IMG/VR virus record: IMGVR_UViG_3300025889_000128
Coordinates: 1-59,501 of that record
Direction: 5' to 3' (one strand)
DNA: 59,501 bases
Source: a virus
Taxonomy: Duplodnaviria > Caudoviricetes
Shown: positions 57,501 through 59,501 of the stretch, in pieces
Layout of the letters: each line of letters opens with the position of its first letter
How positions within the stretch are numbered: position 1 is the stretch's first letter
Program-made: the position numbers and the translations under genes
The notes under the pieces: model-generated
What the model saw: only the letters and a program-made list of their open reading frames with translations
The model's database searches: none
Told to the model about the DNA's origin: nothing

Positions 57501-59501
57501 TTCAATGGAAGTGTATTCCAAAATGGTGTTTTCCACACTCCAACACTAAGAAAAGAGACAATATACGATGTAGTAGGAATATCATTAACAACAGCAAAAG
57601 CAAAAGGATTTGTAAAGACAGTATTAGATTCTGTAGGAATCGTAGATATTGTATCAAAGGCATTAGGATTTGTCAAGTACATATTCAATACTGTATCTAT
57701 AGTAGACACTCCAAAGATTGCAAGAGGATTTACCAAGATAGTAGAGGATTCTCTCAGATTATACGACTTTACCAAATACTTCTGGAAGAAAGAAATCTTT
57801 ACAATACCATCAATATTCCAAACTGGAGTATTCCAACAACCACCATTCCAAGCATTATGGAATCCAATAAATGGATTGATCAATACTGTATTCCAATCAG
57901 ATGTATTCCAAAGACCACCATTCCAATCTGGATTCAACAAGTATATCATCAAACCAGTGTTCCAAGTAGGAGTATTCCAATACCACCTATTCCAAACAAA
58001 GCAAAGAGATATTACAAGAGCTGGAAAATATGTATTCCAACAAGGTGTATTCCAGAAGAATGTATTCCACAGTGCTACTTCAATACAAGTATCAGTATTC
58101 GATTCAGTAGGAATATCCTTAGCAGTAACAACTGTAGGTGGATTTGTAAAGAGTGTAATAGACTCACTATCACTATCAGATACAGTAAAAGAAGCAAAAG
58201 GAAAACTAAAGGTAGTATTAGATTCATTACAGATAACAGAGATAGTAAGAAGATCACTAGGATTAAGAAAGATTATCTCAGAAGTAATAGCATTAACAGA
58301 ACCAATAGTATTCAGAAATGTAAAGATATTAAGCAACATATACTCTGTATTCCAAAAGAATGTATTCCAACAACCACCATTCCAAACAGATTACAGTGCA
58401 AGACAGTTAATAGAAAGAGTATTCCAAGCAGATGTATTCCAGAATTTTGTATTCCAAAAAGGATTCGACAAGGACATCATCAGAAATGTATTCCAAGGAA
58501 ACGTATTCCAACCACCAACATTCCAATTCCCAAGAAGAATATTCCAATACATATACAGATTATCCGACAGAGAACAAGTAAAGACAAGGGTATTCCAAGA
58601 GAACGTATTCCAATTCAATGTCTTTGCAGTAAGAGTTCCACTATATGTAAACGAAGTATTCAAGACAGTAGACGATTCTGTAAGCGTATTAGATGCAAGA
58701 GTAAGAGTAAACCAAATCTTACAATCAATATTCAACGCAGTAGGATTATCAGAAACATCTTACATTGTAAGAGTCTTATACAAGACAGTATCAGATGTAG
58801 TATCAGCAGTAGAATCTGTATTTAGAGCAAGAACATTAAGCAGAATAATCACTGACATTGTATCTGTAGATACATTCAGAGCAAGGGCAAGAGACATTGT
58901 AAGAATAATTACAGATGTAGTATCAATCGATACATTCAGAGGATTAGCAAGAGAAATTGCCAAATCAATATCTGACACAGTTACAATATTAGAATCAGTT
59001 GTAAGAACAAGAGTAATCAATAGAGTAATATCTGAGATTGTATCAACAACTGAAAGCGTATTAAGATTAAGAGCACTTGCAAGAATTGTATTAGACACTG
59101 TATCTATTGATACCTTTAGAGGACTATCCAGAGATATAGTTAGAATAATTTACGAATCTGTAGTATCTACTGAATCAGCAATAAGAGTAAGAGCATTGTC
59201 AAGAATAGCATCAGATATAGTAAGTACAATAGAATCTGTTGTTAGATCAAGATTACTGAATAGGGCATTATCAGATACATTAGCCATCGCAGAATCATTG
59301 ATAAGAATAAGATCCTTAACAAGAGTCTTAGAACACAGTTTAGTTATCATAGAATCTAACCTAAGAACAAGGGCTATAAATAGATTAGTATCCGAGTTTA
59401 TATACTCAACTGAATCTGTATTCAGAGCAAGAACACTTGTTAGAATTTACAATGCCACTGTATCAATAGACACATTTAGAGGCACTGCTAGAAATATAGT
59501 T
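54594..59501 (+). CDS. N-terminal part of giant repeat protein (3'-partial; not in ORF track)
   Basis: SD GAGGTG at 54582-54587, ATG at 54594: MPNSAIFQSNIF... The first ~190 and last codons were read directly; the ORF track lists no terminated ORF in this frame, consistent with 1636 open codons ending ...VSIDTFRGTARNIV. Confidence 0.9.
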   Translation, partial: MPNSAIFQSNIFSSTIFVGNKPLIIFQDDVYQQDITQRLAYVPVPQTVFQNNIFQSNVFQQIQRTKVFQSTIFQNSTFQLTPYNGRQLNVLQNSIFQNSVFQKLSFDGRQLNIFKNSIFQNNVFQVVPPNLIVKVINDIIGISEYVEEPRIGFPRTVDPDAVSIALSVYKVLGATRDYTELITMNEVLVRLRGRKPPIFSNLSISEFISYSKVRVLSNINSVFQSNVFQNNIFQGLYSLTRTTIPSVFTNVYQSNVFQGEFNPNEIPNLFQYNVYQQNIFQNDYNIREINRSVFQGNVYQNDIFHTTTKLFTQVPETVSVDELVDAKTGYVKVISDSLSLSETTATGAGRDLTETVYDSLSLTDVDTRRKRITRVKNDTVRINEVLTRYFLRNPNIVFGVFQDDVYQDVFQKIYNKVRTFIPKVFDPVVYTDIFQIASFNPTIIRKVFQSNVFQEGVFQAQFDSLAGGLPKVFQSGVFQSTVFQTSKPKIHVIDDSVGISDTQAKRRIRDKYKTVSEQVSLAEINNKATGFVVETSDSVGIDDAQFKVGGKVQTAPTDSVGVSENTWKVRRIFPIINETLRVSEVKQRLRTLVRVKTESETVLETPDKARPMKRIVSDNVSVTDEVKSKKSIVKKITNAVKSTENVLRTRNLLRILTFIVAISDGIGRENFITEVFQRSIFQNNVFQGKFDLNAIKKRIFQSPPFQLNVFQGAFDTIIPIVRPIFQDIFQKPPFQGAWNTSYYKRVFQVNVFQNNVFKRFTISPIVNTIFQIGVFSVPPFQTTWNKAIPRKGIFQGGVFQDYVFTTPNKIYKNVFDSMRISETKFSIKGLVMRIFDTVNVSEIRVKVVGLNKSVFDYLGLSDTNYYVIGLFGHVFDSIGIKHDLRKKFRRVSAIVLNIFQTNVFQKPPFQASWDQARDILAVFTDIFQDNVFQTNSFTNGVIPRVFQYRVFQENVFQKGFDSRRIAKFVFNGSVFQNGVFHTPTLRKETIYDVVGISLTTAKAKGFVKTVLDSVGIVDIVSKALGFVKYIFNTVSIVDTPKIARGFTKIVEDSLRLYDFTKYFWKKEIFTIPSIFQTGVFQQPPFQALWNPINGLINTVFQSDVFQRPPFQSGFNKYIIKPVFQVGVFQYHLFQTKQRDITRAGKYVFQQGVFQKNVFHSATSIQVSVFDSVGISLAVTTVGGFVKSVIDSLSLSDTVKEAKGKLKVVLDSLQITEIVRRSLGLRKIISEVIALTEPIVFRNVKILSNIYSVFQKNVFQQPPFQTDYSARQLIERVFQADVFQNFVFQKGFDKDIIRNVFQGNVFQPPTFQFPRRIFQYIYRLSDREQVKTRVFQENVFQFNVFAVRVPLYVNEVFKTVDDSVSVLDARVRVNQILQSIFNAVGLSETSYIVRVLYKTVSDVVSAVESVFRARTLSRIITDIVSVDTFRARARDIVRIITDVVSIDTFRGLAREIAKSISDTVTILESVVRTRVINRVISEIVSTTESVLRLRALARIVLDTVSIDTFRGLSRDIVRIIYESVVSTESAIRVRALSRIASDIVSTIESVVRSRLLNRALSDTLAIAESLIRIRSLTRVLEHSLVIIESNLRTRAINRLVSEFIYSTESVFRARTLVRIYNATVSIDTFRGTARNIV
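54610..58620 (+). repeat. Blocks of [V/I/P]FQxx pentapeptide repeats (GTATTCCAA)
   Basis: Example VFQNNIFQSNVFQQ; dozens of GTATTCCAA/ATATTCCAA copies in clusters with 15-nt period. Confidence 0.9.

Noticed and set aside
54839-59350. WNT-repeat minus-strand ORFs and alternative-frame plus ORFs such as 57857-58825
   Set aside because: Shadows of GTATTCCAA repeats in the long frame that starts at 54594 with an SD.
59490-59501. Exact circular junction between window end and start
   Set aside because: Direct joining gives GTT GAT TAT CCA GAG ATA TTG TAA (frameshift and stop), and the ends share no exact overlap. Some sequence is missing in the repeat.
50781-59501. Diversity-generating retroelement acting on fibre genes
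   Set aside because: No reverse transcriptase and no template/variable repeat pair differing at adenines was seen.

Overview
Near-complete genome of a tailed (HK97-fold, siphovirus-like) dsDNA virus of marine ammonia-oxidising archaea (Nitrosopumilus-like host). The host is inferred from a near-host-identical amoC, archaeal RadA and MCM, and archaeal TATA promoters 21-23 nt before start codons. The contig is broken inside a giant repeat-protein gene: its 5' part is 54594-59501 (absent from the ORF track) and its 3' part is 1-2759, at least ~2550 aa if both are one gene. Layout: packaging and accessory genes (3-13.8 kb, TerL); leftward replication and early genes (14-30.7 kb: RadA, MCM, AAA+/VWA, GGCT, DNA glycosylase, GATase II, amidoligase); a structured non-coding switch region (31-33 kb); rightward morphogenesis genes (33-59.5 kb: portal, protease/scaffold, MCP, amoC, tail). 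The most unusual non-coding signals are: (1) an array of single-gene cassettes at 23.8-30.8 kb built from three recurring motifs (10 copies of a 25-bp promoter, ~16 copies of an orientation-independent 21-bp box, 6 intergenic copies of CTCGCGTAC); (2) a ~180-nt structured ncRNA candidate with its own promoter and terminator (23917-24099, minus); (3) a pair of related inverted hairpin elements at 32.1-32.8 kb; (4) apparent avoidance of GAAGG/CCTTC. All protein calls come from motif recognition by eye; no database search was run.
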